The notes beneath the pieces were generated by a model. The model searched no databases. It was not told where the DNA came from and was given only the letters and a program-made list of their open reading frames with translations. Shown one piece after another: positions 44,021-55,900 of a stretch of 64,000 nt of DNA. This stretch comes from Meyerozyma guilliermondii (Eukaryota): the NCBI GenBank assembly GCA_051546255.1, contig CP128818.1, positions 558,001-622,000 of the forward strand, in the 5' to 3' direction. The stretch's first letter is position 1; every line of letters starts with the position of its first letter. The position numbers and the translations under genes are program-made.

Positions 44021-46285
44021 CTAAAACCTCCAGTTCTCATCGGCAGACTCAATGGCCCACTTGAACTTGTCTCGCAATGTCTTGGTAAAGAGCTTTTCGA
44101 TAGGAACGTCAAACTTCTTTGAAAACATTACCGTGAGCCGTGGATCAATATAGTTCAATTTCGATGTTCCCAACGAAACCTCCGAGTTGTCTTCTTTATC
44201 CTGAAGTTGAAACGTTGTGTTAACAATTCTTCCATCGAGCTTCTCAACTTGTGCCTTCAACTTTTCCACAGTGGTGGTTGACTTCATCACTGGCTTTCCC
44301 GTCTTGAGTTCTTCGGCCAAGTCCTTCTCTTGCTCCTTAATCTTCTCCATCTTTTCATCCAACACACTCGAACTCAATAACTCCTTCCCTTCGGCCTTCA
44401 ACTTTTGATTTTCACGCTCGAATTTACGTTGTGCTTGCTCTCTAGCTCGCTCAAGCAAAAGATGGTGAACATGTTGCTCGTCTTCCTTCGAAAGATCTTC
44501 AAGCTCCTCAAAATATTTCGGATCTTTTCTTCTTAACCCAGGTTCGAGCTCAAGTATCATCTTCTTTGTTCGTATTTTCTGCCACATCATTTCCTTGATC
44601 CTGTCGTGAATACGCTGTACAGAGTGGCCATGGGTCTTACTCACGGTACGCTGATGGTTACACAAGATTGCCACGGTTCTGTTGGCGGCATTGAAACGTA
44701 CAACTTTCTCGGCAACAGTTCCCTCGTTTGGTATCAAATCGATTTGATCTTGCATGGTTTTCGAGGCGTTATAAGTACGGAAAACCTTGGCAGTTAATCC
44801 TTTCATATAACCTTGAAATTGCTTGTTCAACATGGGTGGACTTATACGATCAAACAAGTCATCACCCGGTTGTTTGGGAGGTTTCTTGAAGATTCTCAAG
44901 TTCTTAAATACCTGCTTATCAACCTCGACTTCCTGGTAAAATCGAATGGAATCCTTACCCAAAAAGTCAAAAATCACCTGGTTTGGAGGCTTGAGGGTAA
45001 TATGCTCATATCTTAAGGAACAGCATCCAACGGTATCGGCTTCGTCATCACCTTTTTCACCTCCAGCTCTGAGAGCAAAAACGTCAATGAGGTATGTGGC
45101 AGTAGCCATTTGTCTGTTCTGCATCAAGGGATCCTTTAAAAGCTTCGTGTAGTCTGTTCTGATGGCATCGATGTGAAACTTGAGATTTCTTGCCGTTTCA
45201 AACTTCTTGAAATCAGACTGACCCTTCACAGAAGAATTTGCTGCAAAACGAACGTATTTGAGAGAGTCAGAAATGTTTTCCTTCCACATTGCAAGCCAAG
45301 CCACGGTGTTATCGTGTCTAACTTCTCCCCATTTATGGCCAGCAGGTGGCTCAGGAACTTTGCATTCTTTGCTCAAATTCAACGTTATATCTTCTGGATA
45401 AACTCGCTTTTTCAACTTGCCTGTTTTGGGGTGAGCTCCACGGCCCCTAAAGAGACCTGGGGGTTCCACACGAAAGTTTCCTACTTGTTCTTTTCTGCCG
45501 TTTAAAAGACAGGTTTTATATGGTTCCTCTTCCTTTTCTTTTGCTTCCTTAAGAGCCTTTTTCTCGTCTCGACTCATGTTTTTCTTTTGTTCCTTTAACA
45601 TCTCGAAATGTGCATGCATTTTGGTGAAATCGGCTTTGGTAAAGTCCTTCATTTCTACGTTGGCTCCACCTGATTCCTTCACGACTTGAAGAAAATCGTT
45701 CCAGAAATTCTTTTGGAAAACAGGATTTTGGGCATGGTCAGTTTCCAACATCGCCGCAAAAAACCCAGCAACTTCCTCGGCCGCAGGAGCAAGATCAACC
45801 GGTTTTCCGTCGTAATACATCTTAACATGCGACGGTAATGGCTCATATTCAGGAGGAAACATCACACCGTTATGATGGAGAGACTCCCATTTCTGTTCGC
45901 CATCCATATCTTGGGCCTCCCACCACTTGTAAGTCTCTTCTTCTTCCTTTTCCTTCTTTATCAGGTCTGTAGGTGTCGCTAATTGGGCATCCAGCGTCTG
46001 CGAAGTTTCCTTTTTAACCTTTTCCTGGCCATTTTTTCCATTCAGCTTCGTCTTGGGTTTCTTTGCCTTCACGGGAGACTTCAGAGCCAACGGTTCATCG
46101 TCATCTTCGTCTTTTATAACTAGTCTTTTTTTGCGTTTTGTTGCACCGTTGCCATTTTTTGTTGATTTTCTCTTTTTTGGAGTGGGTGCCAGAGTATCTA
46201 TTTGAGCCAAGGGGATCGACTCGCTCTCATCTCCTGAATCCTCGTTCCCAACTGGATTGGAATTAGGTATATTGTCAGAAGTCAT
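44021..46285 (-). CDS. TOP1: DNA topoisomerase I
   Basis: [27 protein letters not shown], active site [11 protein letters not shown]. Confidence 0.98.
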   Translation of the reverse strand: MTSDNIPNSNPVGNEDSGDESESIPLAQIDTLAPTPKKRKSTKNGNGATKRKKRLVIKDEDDDEPLALKSPVKAKKPKTKLNGKNGQEKVKKETSQTLDAQLATPTDLIKKEKEEEETYKWWEAQDMDGEQKWESLHHNGVMFPPEYEPLPSHVKMYYDGKPVDLAPAAEEVAGFFAAMLETDHAQNPVFQKNFWNDFLQVVKESGGANVEMKDFTKADFTKMHAHFEMLKEQKKNMSRDEKKALKEAKEKEEEPYKTCLLNGRKEQVGNFRVEPPGLFRGRGAHPKTGKLKKRVYPEDITLNLSKECKVPEPPAGHKWGEVRHDNTVAWLAMWKENISDSLKYVRFAANSSVKGQSDFKKFETARNLKFHIDAIRTDYTKLLKDPLMQNRQMATATYLIDVFALRAGGEKGDDEADTVGCCSLRYEHITLKPPNQVIFDFLGKDSIRFYQEVEVDKQVFKNLRIFKKPPKQPGDDLFDRISPPMLNKQFQGYMKGLTAKVFRTYNASKTMQDQIDLIPNEGTVAEKVVRFNAANRTVAILCNHQRTVSKTHGHSVQRIHDRIKEMMWQKIRTKKMILELEPGLRRKDPKYFEELEDLSKEDEQHVHHLLLERAREQAQRKFERENQKLKAEGKELLSSSVLDEKMEKIKEQEKDLAEELKTGKPVMKSTTTVEKLKAQVEKLDGRIVNTTFQLQDKEDNSEVSLGTSKLNYIDPRLTVMFSKKFDVPIEKLFTKTLRDKFKWAIESADENWRF

Positions 46286-46727
46286 AAACAATCGTCACTA
46301 CAATGTTCCAGCAAAAGCAGATTTTTGCGCGACGTAGTATATGAACAACGCACGACTACGCGTACACCAAGCTGTGTTGCCTGTATGCAGGTTAATGGTT
46401 ACAGCAAGCCAGTCGAGTAGAGAATATCATAGGCGGTATGATATAGGAAATAGGCTGTTTCAGGTAATATTATAAGCCAGCACTTGTAAAATACTCAAAT
46501 AGATTGGTCAAATTTGCAATATGTAGAAAATATTCAACCTCGTAAATTCACAAATTTGGTAAATTTCACAAAGTTCACGAATAACAAAATCTAACAATTC
46601 CTACACTTCTCTCCTTCTCAGGTGTCTGTTATCCTCAACTGTTATCCCTTTGCGGCCAAAACACCAACTGCAGGTATCACATCGAAAAGGCGTGCGCGCA
46701 CCGAATTATACTCATTTGGTAGTGTTG

Positions 46728-46767
46728 GTAAATAATGACACTGCCTAATTCGGGTATTTGGTAAATA
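46728..46767 (+). promoter_or_regulatory. Mcm1-forkhead composite element (G2/M cluster) in the CDC5 promoter
   Basis: CCTAATTCGG 46744-46753 flanked by GTAAATA at 46728 and 46761. Confidence 0.6.
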
Positions 46768-46963
46768 GACATCGATGGATGAGAATACCAACTTCATTCC
46801 ATATATATAGTAAAAAGAGCATAGGTTGAAACCGGTGCAATCTCCCGATTCCTCGTCGCAGTTTTTTCCGGTATTTTAGACGTTTTCTATCTGTGTCCAG
46901 TTACACAAACAGCGTCGCCGTTTCTTAATTGTTGCAAGGTTAATCCACCAAATCTTTTAGAAT

Positions 46964-48904
46964 ATGTCCAGAATTACTCCATTACAGCCATTGAACAGCG
47001 GACAGCTCAACGTCCGGAGCAACCTCACGCCAATAAAGGCTACCAAATCCACCACTCAACCTTCTCAAAGTCAACCGAAAAAGAAGAAAGAAAAGCTTTC
47101 AGCTTTGTGCAAAACTCCTCCTTCAATTGTCAGAACTAGAAATGGACGTGATTATCACCGAGGTACATTCTTGGGCGAAGGAGGGTTTGCTAGGTGTTTC
47201 CAAATGAAGGACTCTGCGGGCCACATTTATGCTGCGAAAACTGTTGCCAAGGCTTCCATCAAAAATGAAAAAACAAAGACAAAACTCTTGTCGGAGATCA
47301 AGATCCACAAGTCGTTGAAGCATGCCAACATCGTCAACTTTGTAGATTGTTTTGAAGACGACATTAACGTGTACATTCTCTTGGAGATTTGTCCCAACCA
47401 GTCGCTCATGGAACTTCTCAAAACCAGAAAAAGAGTCAGTGAACCCGAAGTCCGGTACTTTATGGTTCAAATCGTGGGCGCTATCAAGTATCTCCACTCA
47501 CGTCGTGTTATCCACCGAGATTTGAAGCTTGGAAACATCTTTTTCGATCCCGACATGAACTTGAAAATTGGCGATTTTGGACTTGCTTCGGTGCTTCCCG
47601 ACAACAATTCCAAAAAATACACCATCTGTGGAACCCCCAACTACATTGCCCCCGAGGTGCTCGGCGGAAAGCTGGTTGGACACAGTTACGAGGTAGACAT
47701 CTGGGCCATTGGAATCATGATGTATGCCTTGTTAATTGGCAAGCCTCCATTCCAGGCCAAAGACGTTCAAGTTATCTATGAACGTATCAAGAAAACTGAG
47801 TATTTTTTCCCTGCCGACAAACCCATATCCGAAGAAGCCAAGACTCTCATCAAAGACTTGTTGAGCTTGAATCCATTGAACAGACCAACCATCAACGAAA
47901 TTTTATCCTACGATTGGTTCAAAGGTCCGTTCCCCGACAAGACCCACGAGATCAGTTTAAGCGACACTCCTCGTGGGCTCAATGTAATTTCCAAGGCACA
48001 GTCTGCCATTAATTTCACCAACACCAAAGCTGAAGCTGGAATTTACACTCCCAAGTCCAAAGATCCGGTAGAAATCTTGCGTTCGGATTTGCATTCCGAG
48101 CAACCGAGAACGTTGTTACCTAAATCGTTATCTCCTGGTGATACCAAAAACAAATATCAGGAAGTGGACCCGACATCCATGGGTAGACCAAGAAAGGTGA
48201 CATTCAACTCGAAATTTGCAACCACCATTAAAAGACTCGATCAGATTTGTTTCGAAACTTACCAGAACATGAGACGGTTGGAGTACTCGAAGCATGAGAG
48301 ATTGGAAACTGTAGAGCTTCCTAGCTGTGAAAATCCATGTCTTATTAGTAAGTGGGTCGACTATTCCAACAAGTACGGGTTTTCATACCAAATGAACAAC
48401 GATGATATTGGAGTATTGTTCAACGACGGCAATACGTTCTTAAAGCTGCATAACTCGGACCGGTTTCTCGAGTTGATATTTCATGAAAATGAAGGGTGGA
48501 CATGTATTGAAAACTCGGTTAGCCATCCACCAAGCCAAGCCAAAAGATCCCTTGAGATCGTCGACTTTTTCGCCAAGTATATGAACAGCAACTTATCCAA
48601 GGTGAGCGACAACGAGGAGAGGAAAGAAACGGTGTTTCTCCGCAGATATACCAGAACACCGGACTATATAATGTTCGAGATGACGAATGGAAATTTCCAG
48701 TTCAACTTCAAGGACCATCACAAGGTGTGTATTTCCAAGTTGGGACTTGCCATTACTCACATATCTCCTAACAGAGTGACGCAGACGCATCCATTGATCT
48801 TGGTGTTGAAGCAGGGCTACTTTCCATCGTCCGATATGCCCGACAGCTTGGAGAAGATAGCCACAATTCGGGATGCCATTAAAAGAAAGGCCCTCAAGGA
48901 GTAG
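46964..48904 (+). CDS. CDC5: Polo-like kinase
   Basis: GEGGFARC, HRDLKLGN, TICGTPNYIAPE, polo box ISKWVDYSNKYG. Confidence 0.98.
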   Translation: MSRITPLQPLNSGQLNVRSNLTPIKATKSTTQPSQSQPKKKKEKLSALCKTPPSIVRTRNGRDYHRGTFLGEGGFARCFQMKDSAGHIYAAKTVAKASIKNEKTKTKLLSEIKIHKSLKHANIVNFVDCFEDDINVYILLEICPNQSLMELLKTRKRVSEPEVRYFMVQIVGAIKYLHSRRVIHRDLKLGNIFFDPDMNLKIGDFGLASVLPDNNSKKYTICGTPNYIAPEVLGGKLVGHSYEVDIWAIGIMMYALLIGKPPFQAKDVQVIYERIKKTEYFFPADKPISEEAKTLIKDLLSLNPLNRPTINEILSYDWFKGPFPDKTHEISLSDTPRGLNVISKAQSAINFTNTKAEAGIYTPKSKDPVEILRSDLHSEQPRTLLPKSLSPGDTKNKYQEVDPTSMGRPRKVTFNSKFATTIKRLDQICFETYQNMRRLEYSKHERLETVELPSCENPCLISKWVDYSNKYGFSYQMNNDDIGVLFNDGNTFLKLHNSDRFLELIFHENEGWTCIENSVSHPPSQAKRSLEIVDFFAKYMNSNLSKVSDNEERKETVFLRRYTRTPDYIMFEMTNGNFQFNFKDHHKVCISKLGLAITHISPNRVTQTHPLILVLKQGYFPSSDMPDSLEKIATIRDAIKRKALKE

Positions 48905-49195
48905 GTTTATAGATAGCATGAATGCATGATACGAAGCAATAAAGGGGTGAAAGCAGAGAAAGAAGAATGTGAAAGCAGAGAGTGATATAGTTCATTGCAC
49001 TAACTCTGGTAGTTGTTTCTCTAACTTCTCAGAAAACTACCACTAACTTCTTCAAGAAGGTATTACTAACTTTAGCCTTGTCTCTTGCCACTTAGCACCA
49101 AACTGCCTCTTTCTACATTCTCTTTCACTCATTATATTGTACACGGCCAGTCAACCAGCGCAGTTATAGACAGTATTATAACATTTTTACACCAT

Positions 49196-49606
49196 TCAAT
49201 AATCGTCGTCGTTGCTCAACAAAGACTTGAGTGCCCATTCGTCCTTGAATCGAGTTTTCATTAAATCCAACTCACTAATGAGTCCTGAACATGCGTTTCT
49301 CAATGCATCTCGTGGAGAATAATCTTCCTCGGTTTGAATCCGGAGAATAAAATTGGCAAAAAGCGGATGCTCCACCTTGTAAGCGGCGAATAATACTCTT
49401 TCGTCTTTGAGAAGTTGAGCTCGGAGCAAATTGGCGAGAGTGTGGTCTTCTCTTTCGATTTTTATCAACGCAGCATTCGGTACTTTTGTGTCGGGAGTGA
49501 TCTTGATTCTGCGTTAGTTGGTTTCCTTGTGAAAAACATAGCAAAGAACATACTTATCCACCCCCTCGGGCAAAATAAACAACTCAAATCTGTCGGGAGC
49601 GTTCAT
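49196..49606 (-). CDS. RPB11: RNA polymerase II subunit; exons 49606-49554 and 49508-49196
   Basis: Spliced [31 protein letters not shown]...EDHTLANLL...AYKVEHPL. Confidence 0.97.
49509..49553 (-). other. Spliceosomal intron of RPB11 (45 nt)
   Basis: GTATGT...AACTAAC-GCAG; in-frame TAA if unspliced. Confidence 0.95.
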
Positions 49607-49764
49607 GGTATAATCAACCAAAACCTTACAATTTTTGGTTTGCAAAGGAGTACGGCATATAGAAGACAGGTTGGATGCAGAACACGTTTGTCATCGGATC
49701 CTGCATGTGAAGCTGCTAACACCTTGAATTTCTCCTCACTCTCTACTTTTTGATCTTTAAGATA

Positions 49765-51398
49765 ATGGCCAGTCCTCTTATTCGCTCATTCAGAGCCCAA
49801 GGAAGATCGAGATTGCTTGCGTTGTCGGCTGCGACATGCCAGCGCCTTTCTTTCAGAGGCCTTGCAACTATGGATGGTGAGTTACACCATAAGACCCAAA
49901 TAGAAACATCAAGTGTCCAACCACCCGAAGGTCTGAGTATCTCTTTGAAGAACGCTACTCGTGATGATTCTTTGTACGGGACCAGACCGATCTACTTGGA
50001 TGTTCAGGCTACTACCCCAACAGATCCAAGAGTGCTTGACAAGATGTTGCAGTTTTACACCGGATTATACGGAAACCCGCACTCATCTACGCATGCCTAT
50101 GGTTGGGAAACCGACAAGGAGGTGGAGATCGCTCGTGGTCACATTGCGGACGTGATTAATGCGGATGCAAAGGAAATCATTTTCACCTCGGGGGCAACCG
50201 AATCCAACAATATGGCTGTCAAAGGTGTTCCTCGGTTCTACAGCAAGGCAAAGAAGCACATTATCACTACCCAAACCGAACATAAGTGTGTGTTGGACTC
50301 TGCCAGACACATGCAAGATGAGGGATTTGATGTCACATACTTGCCTGTGAACCAAGAAGGTTTGATATCTTTGGATGACTTGAAGAATGCTATTCGTAAG
50401 GATACCGTTTTGGTTTCAATAATGGCTGTCAATAACGAGATTGGTGTCATTCAACCTTTGAAGGAAATTGGTAAAATCTGTAGGGAGAACAAAGTCTTCT
50501 TTCACACCGACGCTGCACAAGCCTTCGGTAAGATACCTATTGATGTGAACGACATGAACATTGACTTGTTGTCTATTTCTTCCCACAAGATCTATGGACC
50601 TAAAGGAATTGGAGCATGTTATGTGAGAAGACGTCCCAGAGTTAGAATGATCCCTATTATTACTGGTGGTGGACAAGAAAGAGGATTGAGATCCGGTACC
50701 TTGGCTCCCCCATTGGTCGCTGGATTTGGTGAAGCTGCGAGACTTATCAAAGAAGAGATGGATGTAAGTATTTTTGTTTGCCTATTCGTGCTTTGGACCA
50801 CATGTCAGGATGAAATTTCTGGTGAGATCGCGTGATATTTCAAGTTGCTACAATGACTCTCTTGTCCGGTTTGCAGCATTATTGTAACACGCATGATCGA
50901 ATTTTTTTATGCAAGGATCTGAATAGTGGTCCAAAGCTTCCTCTTTTAGAACTTTACTAACTTCAGTATGACCAAGCTTGGATTCATAAACTTTCGAACA
51001 AATTGAAAGATGGCTTGTTATCCATTCCAGAGACTCAGTACAATGGGTGTTTAAGTGATCCTGCAAAGCAATACGCTGGCTGTGTCAATGTTTCCTTTGC
51101 TTATGTGGAAGGTGAGTCGTTATTGATGGCCTTGAAAGACATTGCTTTGTCTTCCGGCTCTGCTTGTACTTCAGCATCATTAGAACCTTCGTACGTTCTT
51201 CACGCTCTTGGCGCAGATGACGCCTTAGCTCACTCCTCGATTAGATTTGGCCTTGGTAGATTCACCACTGAAGCTGAAGTTGACTATGTGATCAATGCAA
51301 TCCAACTGAGAGTCGAATTCTTGAGGAAGATGTCCCCATTGTGGGAGATGGTCCAAGATGGCATTGATCTTAACACCATCGAATGGAGCGGTCACTAA
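49765..51398 (+). CDS. NFS1: Cysteine desulfurase; exons 49765-50763 and 50967-51398
   Basis: [22 protein letters not shown] lysine, [10 protein letters not shown] catalytic Cys; the two track ORFs join in frame. Confidence 0.97.
50764..50966 (+). other. Mid-gene spliceosomal intron of NFS1 (203 nt)
   Basis: GTAAGT...TACTAAC-TTCAG, phase 0 (EEMD-YDQAW). Confidence 0.95.
50803..50925 (+). ncRNA. Putative intronic box C/D snoRNA, target unidentified
   Basis: C-like box AGGATGA 50807-50813 and D box CTGA 50919-50922 held by a perfect 12-bp stem (50790-50801/50926-50937). Confidence 0.6.
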
Positions 51399-51663
51399 AC
51401 TCAAAGACTCATTATGTGTACGATTGTTTCTTTATGCAACATTTACTAAGGGTTACTTTCGTTTTGTAATTATGCTAATGTATATATCTCGTTGTATCAT
51501 GTAGGTCTCCGACCAGACGCAGCGGTGGTCCTACTTGAGTGTGTTTTACCTAACATACAAAAGTTTTCCGAGTTTTGCAACCACCGTTGGTAGTTATCAT
51601 TGACAGAAAAGTAAGCATCCATGACACCCGAACAGATATTAGTCCTGTATGTAGCCATGAGCG

Positions 51664-51686
51664 CCGGAAGCGGCGTGCGGTACCGG
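51664..51686. promoter_or_regulatory. Tandem Leu3-type sites upstream of LEU2
   Basis: CCGGAAGCGG (CCG-N4-CGG) and GCGGTACCGG, 65-85 nt before the ATG. Confidence 0.65.
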
Positions 51687-51749
51687 CGAAATTCGTGAAC
51701 AGATCTCGACCACACATAGAACCTAAGGTCATATTTCATTCACACAAAA

Positions 51750-52898
51750 ATGTCACAATCACAAGGAAACAGTAAAAAGTCACCTGTCACTAAGACTATC
51801 ACCATTTTACCTGGAGACCATGTCGGTACAGAGGTCTGTAAAGAAGCTATTAAGGTATTGGATGCGATTCAAAACTCTACTCCACATCAAGACGTCAAGT
51901 TTGAGTACAAGCACCACTTGATTGGTGGTGCCGCCATTGACGCTACCGGTGTTCCATTGCCGGACGAATCACTTGAGGCAGCCAAGCTGTCGGACGCTGT
52001 GTTGTTGGGTGCCGTGGGTGGTCCAAAATGGGGTACCGGTCAAGTTAGACCTGAACAAGGTTTATTGAAGATCCGTAAGGAATTGAATTTGTACGCCAAC
52101 TTGAGACCCTGCAACTTCGTGTCCAAGAGTCTTTTGGAACTTTCGCCATTGAGAGCCGATAGGGTGGAAGGTACTAATTTTACTGTGGTCCGTGAATTGG
52201 TAGGTGGAATCTACTTTGGGGAGCGTCAAGAACAAGAAGAATCTGAGGACAAGCAAAGTGCATGGGACACGGAGAAGTATTCTGTATCTGAGGTGACTCG
52301 TATTACAAGAATGGCGGCATTCATGGCTCTCCAGCATAATCCTCCACTTCCAATTTGGTCGTTGGACAAGGCGAATGTTCTTGCTTCTTCGAGATTATGG
52401 AGAAAGACAGTAGACAAGGTTATTCTGGAAGAGTTCCCAACCCTCAAAGTACAACACCAATTGATTGATTCCGCAGCCATGATTCTCATTCAATCACCTT
52501 CAAAATTGAACGGTATCATCATCACATCAAATATGTTCGGTGATATTATTTCTGATGAAGCTTCTGTCATCCCAGGCTCTCTTGGACTCTTACCTTCTGC
52601 TTCATTGGCCTCTCTTCCAGACACAAATTCTGCGTTTGGACTTTACGAACCATGTCATGGATCTGCACCTGACCTTGATGAGAACAAGGTGAACCCTGTT
52701 GCTACTATTTTGTCAGTCGCTATGATGTTGCGTTTGTCCTTGGATGCTGTCAAAGAAGCCGAGGCTTTGGAACAGGCCGTTGGTAAGGTTATAGATGCTG
52801 GTATTAGAACGCGTGACTTGAAGGGAACAAGTTCGACGACTGAAGTGGGTGATGCGGTTGCCCAAGAAGTTTCCAAAATTCTCAAATCCCAAGCATAG
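51750..52898 (+). CDS. LEU2: 3-isopropylmalate dehydrogenase
   Basis: [35 protein letters not shown]. Confidence 0.98.
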   Translation: MSQSQGNSKKSPVTKTITILPGDHVGTEVCKEAIKVLDAIQNSTPHQDVKFEYKHHLIGGAAIDATGVPLPDESLEAAKLSDAVLLGAVGGPKWGTGQVRPEQGLLKIRKELNLYANLRPCNFVSKSLLELSPLRADRVEGTNFTVVRELVGGIYFGERQEQEESEDKQSAWDTEKYSVSEVTRITRMAAFMALQHNPPLPIWSLDKANVLASSRLWRKTVDKVILEEFPTLKVQHQLIDSAAMILIQSPSKLNGIIITSNMFGDIISDEASVIPGSLGLLPSASLASLPDTNSAFGLYEPCHGSAPDLDENKVNPVATILSVAMMLRLSLDAVKEAEALEQAVGKVIDAGIRTRDLKGTSSTTEVGDAVAQEVSKILKSQA

Positions 52899-52952
52899 CT
52901 ATTATAGTATACAGAATAAGAAGTTATGGTTTATATATAGACGATTCGCTCT

Positions 52953-55900
52953 TCAGGTATTTGACATAAACTTGGACAAGTAAGCCATCGACTCAAAATT
53001 CCCCAAATAGAATGAAGCTTCCCTGGTCATAGGGTTGCCGCTCTGGACAACTTCTTGTTGTTTCTCATCACTTATAATAGGCTCAGCCTCGTAAAGCTTG
53101 GTGTGAATGGAATCGATAACTATTGTGTCATCGCTGAAGCAAGCGCTGTCAGGGGTCCTTTGGTCATGCTTAAACTTAGTCTGTATGTTTTCTTCTGTTG
53201 AAAAATACTCATCCTCTGAACTATGGCCCACACTCTGAGTAGAGAAGTTGAAGTCCATAGCTTTTCCAAGTTCATACGCAGCAACGGATGGCGTGACTGA
53301 TCGAGTCGATAAGTCCCTCGCAATCGTCACTTTCTCGGGTGTGAACTTCTTTGGGAGACCATATGAGACGTCCTCATACTTCTCTGTTATGGCTTCTCTC
53401 AAGCTCGTATCGCTGTAACTAGAGTCACGAGAATCAATCTCGATAACGTCTTGAGAATCCATTGTGGTTAGTTGCTTGAGCGTACTGATCTCTTTATTTA
53501 GCTGACCCAGCTCCCATTTAGTTATAGTAGTCCAGTTGTTTTCACCATCCTTGTATAGGAAAGTTCTAAGAAATTCTGCAAATTGGGGGTTTTCCTTCAA
53601 TTCATCAATCTTTTCTTGTGAAACAGAGTGTGATATAGATGTTACCATCTTGCTTCTTGGGGGTGCATCAAATGTACTATCCTTGTCAAGTATAAATGTT
53701 GTATGCTGACTCGATGGTGTATAGTGTGGAAATCGGAAAGACGAGTTCATGTCATATGAGTCTGCCTCCGGGGCTGGCTCATCCTTCGTAACTTCATGAC
53801 GCCATTCCGCTTCCTGCTCAACTGTCGGCAAATGTTCCAGTTCTTGTCTTTCTTTGCCAACAATAGGAATTTTTGAGTCATCAAGTTTATGAAGTGTAGG
53901 TGAGGGCACAAGCAAGTGCTTGTATTCGACTTTGACACCCTGTGGTTCGCTCTTCATCTCTGTCGTTTGCGGTATATTCTCAGCCTCACCCTTAGAGGGC
54001 TTTCCTTTTTTATGGCGTCCAAAGAGTCTCGCAAAGAAACCTCTTTTTCGCTGCAGTTCTTGCTTGTTCGTGACTAAAGACTTGTCAATGGGAGGTGGCT
54101 GCTCTTTTCTCGCGATCGATTTTGGTTCTCTTTCTTTCGTTTCTCTGTGCCTTTTATCGCTTTCTTCTTGAATGAATCTGAAGATCTCATCATCGAGAAA
54201 CAGGCTTCTATATGAAGTAACCATTTCAGCTAATTTAGATTGACAAACACGCAACAGGGAGTAGTTGATGACTTGCAGAAAGTTTGCTCCAATCAAGTCA
54301 TAAAATGTACTTGAAAGGTTGTTGATATGAACTCTCTCCAGAATATGGATGTTTGAGTTCTTCAAGTACATCTCGACGGCGACGTTCTCGTTCTCAATGT
54401 CGGTGAAGTAAAAGTGAAATAGCAAGGTGATATTCGAAAAGTTCAGAAACATTGATTCTATGTCCTCAAAATTCGTGTTCAATGCAACTGCGATGGGGGA
54501 TCTACAGCGCTCCTGATGGTAAGCGCTCACTTCATGTGCCGTGAGATAAGCTCTAGATCTCCCAGATGATCGAAAAAGGTGGAAAGGTTGATTTTTGTGC
54601 AAGATTTTGGACTTGTTGATAAGATCAGTGATCTCCTGGACGGTGGAAGTACGGTCAAAGAGTTCGAAATTGCATATGCTTGAACTATCTTTATCCGCAT
54701 TATTTCCAAACTTCTCATTATCAAACCCTGTCAATTGCAAGAAGTGTCTCGTCTCTTTGTCATGTACTATTGAGTAAGAGCTTGTGTATATCTCGTTGAT
54801 ATCACACCATGAAGATACTCGCATTGACGCAATTGACGTATGATCCGGTAATGGTTTGCCATTGACTAAAGAATGCAACAAAATATCAGAGACCCTCATG
54901 TGTTTTCCTGGGCTTGAAGTATCGTAGTATGTTTCATCAGTGACGGTGAGCACTAATATTTTGTCGGAGAAAATGACCAACACATCAATAAAGAACGAAG
55001 GGTTCGTCGGCTCGACGTTTTTCAATTCGAATATACCAACAACTTTACGTGAAAGCCAGCCATATTGTAGTTCTGCGGGCCATTCTGAGGCTAGCTCAGT
55101 TAATATCTTTCCAGTGGGAGTAAATATTCTCTGCGAAATGTCGACGTTCATGGAAGTATCTTCTTGCAGGCCAAATGCATCGATAACCTTTAAGGCATTC
55201 TCCAAGTAGTATTCGATTTGAACCATTTCGTCGGATGAATCGTTTTCAAAATTAAGGCTCTTCATTCTTTCTTCGATTATGACTCCATGAAGTCTCTTGA
55301 TAATTAACTTGAGTCTCGGCAATTGCACAAGCGAGCCCGAGACAATCGCATCGACCTCACGAAGAGTATAGCTACCTTTATTGATTATTCGATTCTCAAA
55401 CACAACTTCTCGATTCTTTTCGTAGAATTTGTTAAATCTCTGCAGAAAGTTCTTCATGTTTGCTTCGTGACGGATTAATGCCTTATAGAAGTAAGGGATG
55501 GTAATGCCAAGCACTTTGATTATTTCAACATATCCAAAAGGAGCAGCCTTTTGTAATGAGTCTTGTAAGATGCAATTGATTCGGGTCACTTCATCAATAG
55601 TAGGTGGAAACACTCGGTTGATTTTTTGAATGCCTATTTCTGCGGCAGCCGAAAGTACGTGGATTCTCAATGGGATAATGAGGTCTTGAAGCAATTTCAC
55701 CAATCTCAGGGAAAAGTTCTGCTGAACTTCAAGCAACTCATCGACAACCGAAACTATATTTGGGTGATTGTAGCCATAGGGATATCTGAAATCATTAATA
55801 GAAGGAGGTGAGTATGCAATATCGACTTCTTCGGGCGAATATTCTAGCAATGGGTCAAAAATCTGATCGAGTTGTTCTCCTAAGGTTGATATAAGCTTGT

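Noticed and set aside
50764..51003. NFS1 split into two ORFs, suggesting a pseudogene or frameshift
   Set aside because: A canonical intron joins them in frame
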